Shown: piece after piece, positions 1 to 13,470 of the stretch
Layout: each line of letters opens with the position of its first letter
Position numbering within the stretch: position 1 is the first letter of the stretch
Made by a program: the position numbers and the translations under genes
Assembly: GCF_009914755.1 (NCBI RefSeq)
Contig: NC_060927.1
Source of the DNA: the human T2T-CHM13v2.0 reference genome, Homo sapiens
Length of the DNA: 64,000 nt
Direction: 5' to 3' (one strand)
Notes under the pieces: model-generated
Told to the model about the DNA's origin: nothing
Seen by the model: the letters and a program-made list of their open reading frames with translations, nothing else
Databases searched by the model: none

Positions 1-189
1 GATCCAAAGGAATAAAGGATTTTCAGTGTTAGGTCTCTCTGCCCCTACTCACAACCACTCATTAGTTAATTGTAATCTAGAGATACATATAAGCAAACAT
101 ATAAAAATTGTTATACCTTTTTCCATTTTTACAAAAATCTTGGCAATATTGTGAGCATTTACTCTATACCAGTTTCTGTTCTAAGAATT

Positions 190-385
190 TACATTTAACT
201 CATTAACTATGAAACAACCCTATAAGATATATACTGTTATAATCTCTAGTTTACAAATGAGAAGGCTGAGAAACAGAAAACACAGATGTGCCCAAGAACA
301 TACAGCTAATGAGTACTGGGGGTAAGATTTGAACCCAGGCTGCCTGATTCCAGTTCCTATCTTCTTAACCACTTTATTGTATGGC
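190..385 (-). mobile_element. MIR SINE fragment
   Basis: MIR core-like text: tttacaaatgagaaggctgag...gcccaag...gatttgaacccaggctgcctgattccag. Confidence 0.75.
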
Positions 386-519
386 TTCAGAGATAACACT
401 GTTAACATAATAAATGTATTTTATTCTATATATGTTATAAAACAGTATGTTACTGTTTCTATGATATAATAATGTATTTTTAAAAATTTCATTTATTCCC
501 TCGAATTGGAAATTATGCA

Positions 520-2370
520 CTCTATTTTTTCATTGTTATTCTTAAAAGTAGAATATGTATACTTAATGTAAAGTCTACAATTAATTATTTCTATTTTCTT
601 CAGAAACAAAACATAACAGCCTAATCACATTCTCCCTGGTTTATATGCTATCATTTTCTATTATGTCCAATTTGGGATTCATCATACTATTTTTTAAATT
701 CACAAGTTAAGACATTATTATTGCTGTATGCAGTCTATATTTGTTTAGATTTGCCTATGTATTTACCATTCTTTTTGCTGACCTTTCCACCCCAACTTCA
801 AATCTCATGTGCACATAATTGGATAAATCATAATTTGGACTCATGATATGCTGTCATCATTAACCCACTATGATCTTCGTTTTAAAATTCTCTCTTTTGC
901 TTAAGGAACAACTATGAATGTATTGCTGAACCCACAAACACTAACTATAATGTATCTATGTACTCTTTTTTCTTGCATCTCAAAACAATTTATCTTTTTT
1001 CCAAAGTACATTCTTCAGAGAAGTTCCTCTGGTCTGCTGGTGGTAAATGCTTTTAGTTTTTGTTAGACGATAAAAATCTTTACGTCACCCTTTGTCTTGA
1101 ATGACAATTTTGCTGGATAGAGAATCCTAGGTTCATAGTTTTCTCTCAGCATTTTGAAAATATTATTTCATTGTCTTTGGATTCCATTTTTTGGTTGATG
1201 AGAAAGCTGTTTTCACTCAAATTATTGTTCTGTTTAGTGGCTCTTTCTTTCTGACTGCCTTTAAGAGTTTCTTTGCCTTTGGTACCCTGCAGTTACATTA
1301 CAACATGACCAGGTGTGAATTTGTTTTCCTTTTTCCTGCTTGGTTTATGTTGTGATTCCTGTATCTATGGATGTATATCTCTCATTATTTCTGGAAAATT
1401 CTCAGCCATTATTTTTTCTTCTTCTACTTAATCCTTTGAAAATATATACTAGATGTTTTCCCATTTTATCCTCCATTTCTCTTAACATTTATATATATAT
1501 ATATATATTTCACCACTCCTTAGTTCTCTGCACTACATTCTGGGTAATTTCTTAATTTCTCTTTTCCAATTCACTGTTTGTTGTATTGTGTCCAAACTGC
1601 TTTTTAATTGCTCGATTGTGGTGATTATCATTTTTCTTCCCAGAAGTTCTATTTGGTTCTTTTTAAAATCTGCCTAATCAACTATAATTCCTTTAAATAT
1701 TTTATACAACTTATTTCATATTCTCTAACTGGTAGTCCTAATATCCGAAGTCTGGTTTTTTAAAAGAATTATTTATGCTGATCACTCCTCATGGCACCTT
1801 TTAACTCATTTATTTGGTATATTTTGTTCATTGATTCACATTTAAATGACTTGAGTCTGTGACTATTTGATGGTTCTGGACTGAGAATGTTTATCTCTAG
1901 AAAGAATTTGCATTTGCTTCTGCAGGGTATCCAATAGTACTATTAAATTGAAACCACTTTAATTTAACTTGTAGCTCTGGGGATTACCTAGGCAGAGGTA
2001 GCATAAATTTAAATCTCAAATTTGTATCAGAACAAGCCTATAATATCATTTCTCAGGAAGTCTATTGTTTTATATATAGATATAACCCAGAAAAGGAGCA
2101 GAAACAGGTAGCTTCCCACGTTGGCTCTCTCTGCAAGCAGATGGGTATTTTCCTCAACAACCTCTTCAAGTGACTCCTGAGTAGTCTGAGAGCTACCCTC
2201 CCATTCCCTGAATCAGCCAACCATTAATCCCTCAAACTCTGGGTTCCTAAAATGGATTTTTGCTCCCAGAAGTGCTACGTTCTGTCCATCTTTGTTTATC
2301 TCTGTAATTTTTGCTTACTCTTCATTTTTGCTAGCCCTTAGGGATTTTTTATACTTCTTTGTGTGCCCAG
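520..2370 (-). mobile_element. Ancient L1M (L1ME-like) remnant, ORF1/5' region
   Basis: T-rich antisense L1 phrases such as ttttgctggatagagaatcctaggtt, ctcagcattttgaaaatattatttcattgtc and tctggaaaattctcagccattatt; edges approximate. Confidence 0.55.
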
Positions 2371-2379
2371 CAATGCAGT

Positions 2380-2749
2380 TGACAGTTTGGCTCTGTATCC
2401 CCACCCAAATTTCATCTCGAATTGTAATCCCCATAATCTCCACATATTGAGGAAGCGACCTGGTGGGAGGTGATTGGATCATGGGAGTTGTTTCCCCCAT
2501 GCTGTTCTCATGATAGTGAGTTCTCACGAGATTTGATGGTTTTATTACGTGTTTGACAGTTCTTCCTGTTCTCTCTCACAATCTCACCTGCCACCATATA
2601 AGATGTGCCTGCTTCCCCTTCTGTCATGATTGTAAGTTTCCTGAGGCCTCCCCAGCCATGCAGAGCTGTGAGTCAATTAATTGTCTTTCATTTATAAATT
2701 ACCCACTCTTGGGCAGTTCTTTATAGCAGTGTGAAAACAAATTAATATA
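2380..2749 (+). mobile_element. THE1 (THE1D-like) MaLR solo LTR
   Basis: Starts gtttggctctgtatccccacccaaatttcatctcgaattgtaatcccc; contains tgtaagtttcctgaggcctccccagccatg; ends ttatagcagtgtgaaaac; 5-bp TSD gcagt/gcaat. Confidence 0.85.
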
Positions 2750-2752
2750 GCA

Positions 2753-2852
2753 ATATATACGTATTTATATATAGTATATATATTATTTTATATATCAAAT
2801 ATGTTTATATATAAAACATATATATATATATATATATATACGTACACACACA
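2753..2852. repeat. (TA)n-rich low-complexity tract ending in (CA)n
   Basis: Seen directly. Confidence 0.9.
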
Positions 2853-3038
2853 CTGCCCAAGGCAGAACTTCTAGTGTGATCTTTTAAAAGACAAACTTTT
2901 TACCCCTAATTAGAATATTTTGATGAATTCTTAATGTTCTTAGAATAAAGACTAAAATATATCTTCACAAAGTCTGTGAAGACTTATTTACTGCAGCTAT
3001 AATTTTACATTTATTTGTGTTGACATTTTTTAAATGCC

Positions 3039-3555
3039 TGGTAGCCTCCAAGATAACTGTCCCCCACCCAGCCCAAGATTCTCACCTTCTGGTATTTGTG
3101 CTCAGTGTAGCTCTCTCCCATTTTGAATGAGGCTGACATATATGGAACTTAGGATATTGTGGAAAAGATAATGTGTGACTTCTGCAGTAAAATCGTAAAA
3201 GATATCTCACTTCTGCCTTGCTCTCTTGGGTCACTCACTCTGGAGAGAGTCAGCTGCCATGAGGCACCGAAGCAGCCATATGAAGAGTTCACATGGTGAA
3301 TAACTGAAGCCTCCTGCCAGGAGGCATGTGAGTGAGCCATTTTAGAGGCACATCTTTCCTCTGCAGTCAAACCTTCATCTGGCCAACATTCTGACTGTTA
3401 CCCTATGAAAATCTTTGAGCCAGAACCACCCAGTGAAACCACTCCTAAATTCCTGACTTACAGACTTTGTGAGATAATAAATGATAACTTGTTTTAAGCT
3501 ACTGGGTTTTGGGATAATTTGTTATACAGCAAAAGATAATAATAGATAACTAATA
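3039..3555 (+). mobile_element. MLT1 MaLR solo LTR
   Basis: MLT1 3' end: cagaaccacccag...aattcctgac...gtgagataataaatg...tgttttaagctactgggttttgggataatttgttatacagca. Confidence 0.7.
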
Positions 3556-3569
3556 TGATGTCCACCTCT

Positions 3570-3678
3570 TCCCCTACACTGAATACTTCATGAAGCAGAG
3601 ACTGTGTCTGTTTTTGCTTACTCTTGCATGCCCTGTGCCTGGCAAATAGTAGAGACTTAAGAAATATTTGTTGAATCA
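3570..3678 (+). mobile_element. L2 3' terminal fragment
   Basis: gcagagactgtgtctgtttt...gtgcctggcaaatagtag...aatatttgttgaat, typical of an L2 3' end. Confidence 0.65.
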
Positions 3679-3710
3679 ACAAAGCAATGAACGTAAAGAT
3701 TGTATGTCCT

Positions 3711-4915
3711 TAGTCTCTAGCAAAGATTTCATGGCAAAAATGCCAAAAACAATTGTGACAAAAACAAAAATTGACAAGCTCATTAAACTAAAGAGCTTCT
3801 GGACAGCAAAAACGAAAACAAAAACTATCAACAGACTAAAGAGACAGTCTACAGAATGGGACAAAATATCTGCAAACTATGCATCTGACAAAGGTCTAAT
3901 ATCCAGAATCTACAAGGAACTTAAATTAATAAGCAAAAACCAAATAACTCCATTAAAAAGTGGGCAAAGAACATGAACAGACACTTCTCAAAAGAAGACA
4001 TACATGCGGCCAACAAACATATGAAAAAAACTCAACTTCACTGATCATTAGAGAAATGCAAATTAAAACCATAATGAGAAACAATTTCACACCAGTCAGA
4101 ATGGCTATTATTAAAAAGTTAAAGGATTACAGATGCTGGCAAGGTTGCAGAGAAAAAGGAACACTTAAACACTGCTGGTGGGATTGTAAATTAGTTCAGC
4201 CATTGTGGGAAGCAGTTTGGCGATTTCTCAAAGAACAGAAAACCAAATACCTCATGTTCTCATTTACAAGTGGGAGCTACACATTGATTATACATGGACA
4301 CAAAGAAGAGAACAACAGACACCAGGGCCTACTGGAAGGTGAAGGGTGGGAGGAGGGTGAGGATCGATCACCATTCAACCCAGCTTCCCATTTTTAGGTA
4401 CTCAAAGGAATAGAAATCATTCTATCATAAAGACACATGCATGTGTATGCTCATTGCAGTACTATTCACAATAGCAGAGACATGGAATAAACCTAGATGC
4501 CCATCAACAGTAAACTGGATTAAAAAAATGTGGTACATATACACCATGGAATACTATGCAGCCATAAAAAATGAGATTTTGTCCTTTGCAGCAACAGGGA
4601 TGCAGCTGAAGGGTATTATCTTAAGCAAGCTAACATAGGAACAGAAAACCAAATACCTCATGTTCTCATTTACAAGTGGGAGCTAAACATTGATCATACA
4701 TGGACACAAAGAAGGAAATAACAGACACCAGGGCCTACTGGAAGGTGGAGGGTGGGAGGAGGGTGAGGATCAAAAAACCACTTATCAGGTACTATGCTTA
4801 TCATCTGGGTGATTAAATGATCTGTACAGCAAACCCCTGTGACATGCAGTTCACCTATATAACAAACCTGCACATGAAATCCTGAACCTAAAATAAAAGT
4901 TAGAAAAAAAGAGAG
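3711..4915 (+). mobile_element. 5'-truncated L1 (L1PA15/16-like), ORF2 C-terminus and 3' UTR, with an internal duplication
   Basis: ORF2 remnant peptides ([24 protein letters not shown]); A-rich tail; 14-bp TSD agattg(t/c)atgtcct at 3697-3710 and 4916-4929. Confidence 0.9.
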
Positions 4916-5557
4916 AGATTGCATGTCCTGTGCCATAGAAATGACCAGAAGAACCCAATGCTGAGAGGTTGCTAGAAAAATAATCTTGACAATATATAAT
5001 GGCCAGTATTTTCCTTAGAGACTTAGAAATTTTATATTTGGAATATGTTTATGCAGAATCTGCTGTAGTTAATGGGTTTTCAAAATATTTGGGCAGTGAA
5101 AGATGACAACGGGGATCAGGCAAAGTAGTTCTCATCATTTAAGCTCCTTAAAAAAAACAAAACATCACAAATGTTTAAAAACGGCTTTGGTTCTCTTTCA
5201 AAGTAAGAATTAAAAGGGGAAAGATAAATCCAGAATTGAGTACGTGGATGTTCCTGGGTATGGGTGTATGTGTTCATTGCAGTAGTGGTGGTGGCAGCAT
5301 TAGTGGTAATAATGGCTCTGGGAATGAGGGTAGAAGTGCCTCACCCTATCCTTCTGCTTATCTAGCCTTGACCCTTCCAACAAAGAAGCGTTGGAGATTA
5401 TTCCAAGTGCCTATTTTCCAACAAATAACAGTTCATTTCTTTCTTCTGGAAAGCTTTCTCTGACTCTCAGGGGCCGCTCCCTCCTTTCTATTGCACTTAT
5501 CATCTTTAAGAACATCATGAAGGCCTCAGTTCATTACTTTATATTATGGTTTACCCC

Positions 5558-5718
5558 TTTTTTTTCTGAAACAATATCTCTCTGTCTCTTACTTTCAGGC
5601 TGGAGTGAAGTGGTGCAATCATAGCTCATTGTAATCTCAAACTCCTGGTCTCAAGCAATCCTTCCACCTTTGCCTCCCAAAAAGCTGGGATTAGAGGTGT
5701 GAGCCACTGAGCCTGGCC
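5558..5718 (-). mobile_element. Free Alu monomer (FRAM/FAM-like)
   Basis: A single Alu arm of about 160 bp: poly-T, caggctggagtg...ctcaagcaatcc...gagccactgagcctggcc. Confidence 0.75.
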
Positions 5719-7164
5719 TGGTTTATGCATATTTATAAGTATGTTATGTACTTGATTTCCCTCCGTGGAACAGAAAGCATTCTCAGCAGAAAGAAGATTC
5801 CCTCAGTTAGAGTTGCTATTCAGAGCAGTGGGAAATACACACAGTAGGACTGGCGGAGGAGAAAGTGGAGGTCATTCCCAGAGTCCTAGAGGATTGGTTT
5901 CAGTTTCAGCCTCAAGGGATAAGTGCTTAGCTAGAGAGAAATACTATGATGAGGCACAGTCAGAAACCAGACTGGAAGGCAAGAAGAGACAAAGAGATCC
6001 TAGATGCAGGTGCAAAAACGCAGGATCAAGAGTTCAGTCTTATTGGGTATTGTCTGTATGGTCACCAGAGCATATCACCAAACTGAAAGTTGCAGACCTA
6101 GACTGATGTTCTTTCCCAAACTAGACTATGCATTCCTCAAGGATTGGTATTTGTACTCATCTCTATCCTCAGGGTATTGCATAGGGCTCTTAATATAATA
6201 GTTGCCCAGTATATATATATGTATATATATATATATTTTAAACTTTGAATTGAATTTTACTGTATTTATATTTGATTTTCATATAGCTAGTTGTGTGAGA
6301 TTAATCTTTACTAGGTAGATAAAAGGGTTGAAGCTTATTAGTTGTGAGTAATATATATACTACAAAAATAGGCCATTGTTGGTGAATCTCTAAAATAAAA
6401 TTGACATAAAACCTTCACCTACAACATCATCTGAGCTAACTACATACTATCATATAGATTACTTGAACCAACCTTACTAGAGGACTCATTTGTAACCAGG
6501 AAATAAATTGAATACAAATAGGATTTGCTAAAGAATGTGGTTTTCTTTTGCAATATTTACTTATTTGTGACATGTGTCTAAATTATTGCTACTCGGAATT
6601 AATGAGGTTGAAAGGAATAAGGTTCAATTGCTGTGTGATGAGTTAAAATATTAATTGTGCTTATTTTTCTATATTTGTTCCTTCTGCCATTTCAAGCAGG
6701 TAGCCAGGACCTAGATAATTCCTGTGATTTTAATTCATTTTAAAATTTTAATTCTAATTTTTGGCAAGGCTGAAACCTGAAGCCACTTGAAATAAAAGGA
6801 TCTTCACATATTTGTTGGAACCTAAATTCATTGAAGAGACCATTCCAAGTGAAGAGATTATTCCAAGTGCCTTTGAGGAACAATTAGGGAAGAGAAGAGT
6901 GGATATAGAACTCTGGCAAGAAATGTGCTTGGGGTGCACAATGGCTTTAAAATGCTTTAATTTAAATGTCTATAGATGGGGTGAACTTTACTCAGATTGA
7001 CACAGTCCCTTCCTGTTTCTGACATTTGACTTGAGAACTTTTGCTAACAGGCAATAGTAGGAAAAAGGGGGAGGTTTTCCAGACCGAGAAAGGCAGCCTG
7101 AAGCCATGAGGTAGGAAAAAGCAGCACGGCAGCACAAGGTGTACCAAAGAAGAGATGAATGTAG

Positions 7165-8136
7165 TTTTGATTTGCATTTCTCTGATGGCCAGTGATGATG
7201 AGCATTTTTTCATGTGTCTATTGGCTGCATAAATGTCTTCTTTTGAGAAGTGTCTGTTCATATCCTTTGCCCACTTTTTGATGGGGCTGTTTGATTTTTT
7301 CTTGTTAATTTGTTTAAGTTCTTTGTAGATTCTGGATATTAGCCCTTTGTCAGATGGGTAGATTGCAAACATTTTCTCTCATTCTATAGGTTGCCTGTTC
7401 ACTCTGATGGTAGTTTCTTTTGCTGCCATCTCACACCAGTTAGAATGGCAATCATTAAAGTCAGGAAACAACATGTGCTGGAGAGGATGTGGAGAAATAG
7501 GAACACTTTTATACTGTTGGTGGGACTGTAAATTAGTTCAACCGCTGTGGAAGACAGTGTGGGGATTCTTCAAGGATCTAGAACTAGAAATACCATTTGA
7601 CCCAGCAATCCCATTACTGGGTATATACCCAAAGGATTGTAAACCATGCTACTATAAAGACACATGTGCACCTATGTTTACTGCGGCACTATTCACAATA
7701 GCAAAGACTTGGAACCAACCCAAATGTCCATCAATGATAGACTGGATTAAGGAAATGTGGCACATATACACCATGGAATACTATGCAGCCATAAAAAGGA
7801 GAGTTCATGTCCTTTGTAGGGACGCGGGTGAAGCTGGAAACCATCATCCTGAGCAAACTATCACAAGGACAGAAGACCAAACACTGCATGTTCTCATTCA
7901 TAGGTGGGAATTGAAAAATGAGAATACTTGGACACAGGGTGGGGAACATCACACACTGGGGTCTGTCGTGGGGTGGGGGGATGGGGGAGGGATAGCATTA
8001 GGAGAAATACCTAATGTAAATGACGAGTTAATGGGTGCAACACACCAACATGGCACATGTATACATATGTAACAAACTGCACATTGTGAACATGTACCCT
8101 AGAACTTAAAGTATAATAACAAAAATAAAGAAAAAA
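7165..8136 (+). mobile_element. L1PA4-6-like element with 5' inversion (antisense 7165-7425, sense 7426-8136)
   Basis: Perfect 19-bp TSD aaagaagagatgaatgtag at 7146-7164 and 8137-8155; ORF2 C-terminal peptides; G-rich 3' UTR; poly-A. Confidence 0.95.
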
Positions 8137-10604
8137 AAAGAAGAGATGAATGTAGAGACTACCTTTCAGTATCTGAGACCTAAAAGCTGAATTTCATAAG
8201 GGAGAGCTCTGCTCCACAGGCAGGGCCTCAGTGAAAAATGCAACCTGCTGATCTGACAATGGGTTGTTGGTAAGCGTCTTTGGGTTGTGTTGTTTCTAGA
8301 GGCAGGAGTGGATTGACCTCAGCCTTAGAAGCTGTTTCACTGGAGTGAGCTCACCACTTACTGGTTGGTTTCCAAAGTGGGAGGCTGTCATTTATTGGCT
8401 GGCTTTCAGAGGAAAGTACGTTCCTGCTGAATGGAGTAGCAGTTCTGGTATTTATTTGTTACTGTGGCTATAGAACTGCCAGTTTTTTCTTAGAAGAATG
8501 GGATTTTTACTTTTGATTTTGCTTAATTCTCAGAAAGAAGGGACCTTGTTCTCATCTAGACAAAGATTTACAAGTGCACATCATATTTCTGAAACAGGGA
8601 GTTTCCAGACCATAGACAACCACTGGGTTTTGGACATGAGGATGTGAGGGGCAACCACAAGGGCATGGAGGTGAAAGGCCTTCCCTGTTCTGCAGGTGTC
8701 ATGGAAACCTCATGGCTTCTGCTGTCATATAGAAAAGAAGGTGCCCACAGCAATTAATAGTGAATTGCCTCCCAACCCAGAGAGATGGGTGCTAAAAGCA
8801 AGATTTGAATTGATTTAAAGAATATAAATAAATAGAGTACTTCTTGCAACCCTGTGTTTGTAGACTGATATCATTTTCCTCATTTTATGAAAGGGGATGT
8901 TTATGATACATACTTGTCATTAAAAGATGGAAGAACATTAAAGGAACAGTAAAAATGGGACTGGGGATTTTGTTTAAATTGGATATGAAGGGTAAGGGGC
9001 AGGCATTTGTAGTGCAAACATTTCTTCCTTGGCCTCTCAAAAGAAACTCACCATTCCTGAAATGAAGGAGCTGGGCTAAATCATCTCTAGGGACACTCAC
9101 AGATCTAACCCACCAATTCCATTGATTTTTATTATTATTATTTTTAAATGTAATATTGTTTTTAATAGGACGAAGACAGCAGATTCCAAGTTTCAGAATG
9201 TAACTGCATCTTGTTAAGAAGCAAAATCTATTCATTCATTAACACCAGGGAAGAGTAAATAAGCTTAGTTATTTTACACATAATGTTCTACATTTGTAAA
9301 ATGACTTCATGCCACCCATCTCACTTTATACTCAATAAAACTGTCAAACTCTTATAGGGTAGGAAATATTAGAAGTGCCCAAGAATTCTGGAGCCCTTCC
9401 CTGGCTCTAGTACTGACACTGGGAGGCATGAGGAGATGGCCACAGAGCTCCTAGACCATCATCCCCAGCACTCAGAGACTCATCACCTTATCTGCTTTGG
9501 AGTCTTGCAGTCTATCCTATCATACCCTCTATCCCTTTTCATATCAGCCACCACAGAAAGCCAACACCTCCACGTCTTCCAACATCACCTGGACTCCCAT
9601 CCTCGGGAGGCTCTGAACATTCCCTAATTCTTCTACTCCTCCTTCCACCTGCTCCCAAAGCCCCCAAACCTCTCACTGCATCTCCTGAAGCTCTGTCAGT
9701 CACCAGCTAAGTCCTCTGTGCCCTCAGCCTCCTCTGTGAGTGTTCTCTTCAATTGCTTGTTCTCACTGGACTCCTAAGGAACCATGTTCCCATAAGGCCT
9801 CTCAGGTGAGAGGACTGCCAATTCTCTTTTCTCTCTCACATCACTCATACCACCATGTAGAGAGGCAAAGATCCTTATCGTTGCTTCTAGGATGTTTCTC
9901 ACTTCTCCCTAATGGCCTAACTTTTAATCTTATGCCATTGCAATTCTGCTACACCATCCCCATTCTGAGCCTCAGATATCTTCAGATTCCTCAGTCACTT
10001 CATGAAGATTTTAGCTCGTGGCTCACAGTCACTCTCTCCATCACTACCCCTTCCCTCATTCTTGATGATATCAGTATCCACATGGATCACCCTTCCAATA
10101 TCTTCTCAGCTCCTTGGCTTTTAACAAAGATCCTACCTACTTCAGTTAAATACTCCCAGGACCCACAATGGCCCATGTCATTACCTATACTGCACACTCC
10201 ATTGTCTTGAATCCAAGCATCTGGGTCTCTGACTGTTTCACCTCACTTCTACTGGTACCCAGAGCCAACAAGTTTTGTTGACCACACTGAGATCTATGAT
10301 CCATTGATCCTGTAACCTTTTCACAGTCTTCCTCCTTTTCCCATCATGTCTCCACTTCTCAGATTCTAGAAACCATCGTAATCGTTTCCTTATATGCACC
10401 TTCAATTTCCTTGTCCTCTTTTCTGCCTCCATATTCATCTGGGAAAACTTGACCTTGGTAAAATACAGCTCTCCACATCCTTGCCACCTGCATCAGGCAG
10501 TGAATGTGGCTGGGAGAAAATGAACAACTATGTTGACCAGTGGTGCTCCCCAGCAAATCAATATTACATTTTTCTTCCCTCCTTTCTACTCAACATGTAG
10601 TTCA

Positions 10605-10735
10605 TAGTTCCACAACATCAACGTTTGAGAGATGATTAGAAATGCAGGATCTCTATCCCCAGCTCACTTAATCACAGTCTGCATTTTAACAAGGTCCCCA
10701 GGTATTTCCTGTGCACATTAAAGTTTGAAAATAAT
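10605..10735. mobile_element. MER5 (hAT-Charlie) fragment
   Basis: ttagaaatgcag...tctgcattttaacaaggtccccaggt...gcacattaaagtttga. Confidence 0.7.
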
Positions 10736-10763
10736 GATCTAGAGGATGATTTAAAACCTAACT

Positions 10764-11150
<387 letters not shown>

Positions 11151-11799
11151 TCACTTCCTGTTTCAATGAGGAAAAAAAAGCAATCTGAAGAAAACAGCCA
11201 CATTTCCATCCCTGCCTACCAACTGTACAGAATGTGTGCCTGTATCCTGTCCTTTCTTCTCTCCCTGTGGGTGGACTGCCAATTCTCTTTTCTAAGGCTA
11301 TTCATCATACTTGTGTTCTAGCTCTCCTCCCCTCTGCCCTCACCAGGGAGACTACTTCAACTCTCTCTCTCATGTCCTCAATTTTTCTTTCCTCTAAGTC
11401 TTTTGTATCAGCATCCTACCATTCTATAATTTTTCTCATCTTAAAAACTAAGCACACAGATTAAAAAAATAAAGCACTCATCCTTTGCTACATTCTCATG
11501 AAGCTGCCCGTTTCTCTGCTCCCTTTTATAAAACTCTCCCGAAAGTGTTCTCATTCTCCTCTTTTATCCCTCCGATCAAGCTTTCATCTCACTACTTCAC
11601 CAAAACTGCTCCAATTGTGGGTACCAGCGACTTCTATGTTGCTGAATCCGATGCTCAATAAATCCCCTTTTCACTTGACCTCCAACAGTAATTACTTAGT
11701 TGATCAAGCCTTTTTTGAAAAAAACAAACAAACAAAAAAACACTTTCTTTGCTTGAAACAATAAAAGCCCCAAAACGTGTTTACTTTCTACGCAATCAA

Positions 11800-12620
11800 T
11801 TCTTAGTTTAAGTTTACAATTCTAGGTTAAATATACATGTCCTTTAGGATTGCTAAAGCATTTTTCCTTGTCTTTTTTTAGACTAAAGTATTGTTGGAAA
11901 GAATGGTGATACTATAATTCCTGGTCCATGTATTTGACCTGCTTTTACTTTCTCAGAGACTTTAGGATCTACAATTCATCACTTGGGTTTAGAAATTTCA
12001 CATTGATATGCTTTTTTGTGGGTGGTTTTTTATTGATTATACTGAATTCACAGAGGACTTCTTGATCTGGGTGGTCATGTCCATCAGTTCAGAGAATTTT
12101 TCTTAATTACTTTTAAAGTAATTTTTTCCTTCTACTTTCTATGTTCTCTCTTTCTGAAATTCCTACTTGGATATTGGATTGCCTAAATTGAGTCTTTAAT
12201 TTTCTTTTTTCTTCAAAAATTTTTCTCTATCTCCTTTGCAGTTTGTTTGTTTGTTTTTATTTTTATTCTACTTTCTGGGATTTCCTTTATCTAATTCCAA
12301 TTATTATTTTTTAATTGCTGCTATCGTATTTGTAACTTATAGGGGCTCTTTTTGTTTGTAAAACTACTTTTGAATAATTTCCTCTTCTTGTGTAAAGAAT
12401 ATGATAGCTTCTCTTATCTCTCTGAGGATATTAGTTCTAGTCCTACGTCTTCCTTCAGTTGTCTCCTTGCATTGCTTATTGAATCGTTTCTATTTCTTCC
12501 TAATTTATTTATTTTTCTGTTTATTGTTTTGCTCTATTGTTTAGCCTTTCTTTCCCCAAATGTCCTGTGATTGGTAGTCTTGTATTGAATTTAAGAGGAA
12601 GCCACTAAAGAACTGATTGG
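11800..12620 (-). mobile_element. Ancient L1M remnant
   Basis: T-rich antisense L1 ORF1-like phrases (ttctctcttttctgaaattccta, ctctgaggatatta). Confidence 0.5.
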
Positions 12621-12751
12621 ACACCTTGTATGTAAATGAGAGAGAGAGAGTGAGGGTATAGTCTTCAGGTAGGCTATATTATGGGTTGATTTGGCTGGGA
12701 TGTTTCCTTAAGAAACCTTACAATAATCATATTCTAAAGTTTTGTTTTTTT

Positions 12752-12837
12752 TTGTTTTTTTTTTGTGAGACGGAGTCTTGCTCTGTCGCCCAGGCTGGAG
12801 TGCAGTGGCGCGATCTTGGCTCACTGCAAGCTCCGCC
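12752..12837 (-). mobile_element. 5'-truncated AluY-like 3' fragment
   Basis: gagacggagtcttgctctgtcgcccaggctggagtgcagtggcgcgatc...gcaagctccgcc, flanked on both sides by ttttgttttttt. Confidence 0.9.
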
Positions 12838-12849
12838 TTTTGTTTTTTT

Positions 12850-12995
12850 GTTTATTCTTATTATTTTAACTTTTATTTTATGTTTGGGGGTACATGTGAA
12901 GGTTTGTTACACAGGCAAACACATGTCATGGGGGTTTGTTATACATATTATTTCATCACCCAGGTATTAAGCCCAGTCCCCAACAGTTATCTTTT
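12850..12995 (-). mobile_element. Short L1P 3' UTR fragment
   Basis: ttaacttttatttta...ggggtacatgtgaaggtttgttac...catcacccaggtattaagcc. Confidence 0.8.
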
Positions 12996-13470
12996 CTGGT
13001 CTGTTTGTTTTAATCTTGGCCTGGTCTATTTTTAAAGCATGAGATCCTCCCATCATCTGCCCAGGAGAAGTATAGCATTCTGCTAATGTTTTCATGGAAG
13101 CACAACATGGAGCGTAGATAAAAGTATTATTGTTCAATATGCAAAGTTTCACTTAATCTTCTCATGTGACTATCTACCCCTCATCTGTTCCTGTTGTCAC
13201 ATTTGAAGTTTTTCTAGTGAATTTTCTCCATGTACTAGTCTCTGCCTTGATGAAGCAGGAGAGGGGAGGAGTAGAGAAGAATAATGTGGCTACATAGGGC
13301 AATGAAAGGTGCCTGGTGGCATCTAGTTACTTCTTATACATAATGTCAACCATTTCTCCTATTTTCAAGTATACATATGCAACATCTTCTGGAGGTTCCT
13401 AGAACCCCTGAATTCTGAGCCTTTTAGGAGTGTTTTATAGCATAAATTAGCCTGCTTCTGACTTTGTCCC

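Noticed and set aside
7407-8072. Longest ORF (221 aa)
   Set aside because: L1 ORF2 C-terminus and 3' UTR read across an inversion junction; not a host gene.
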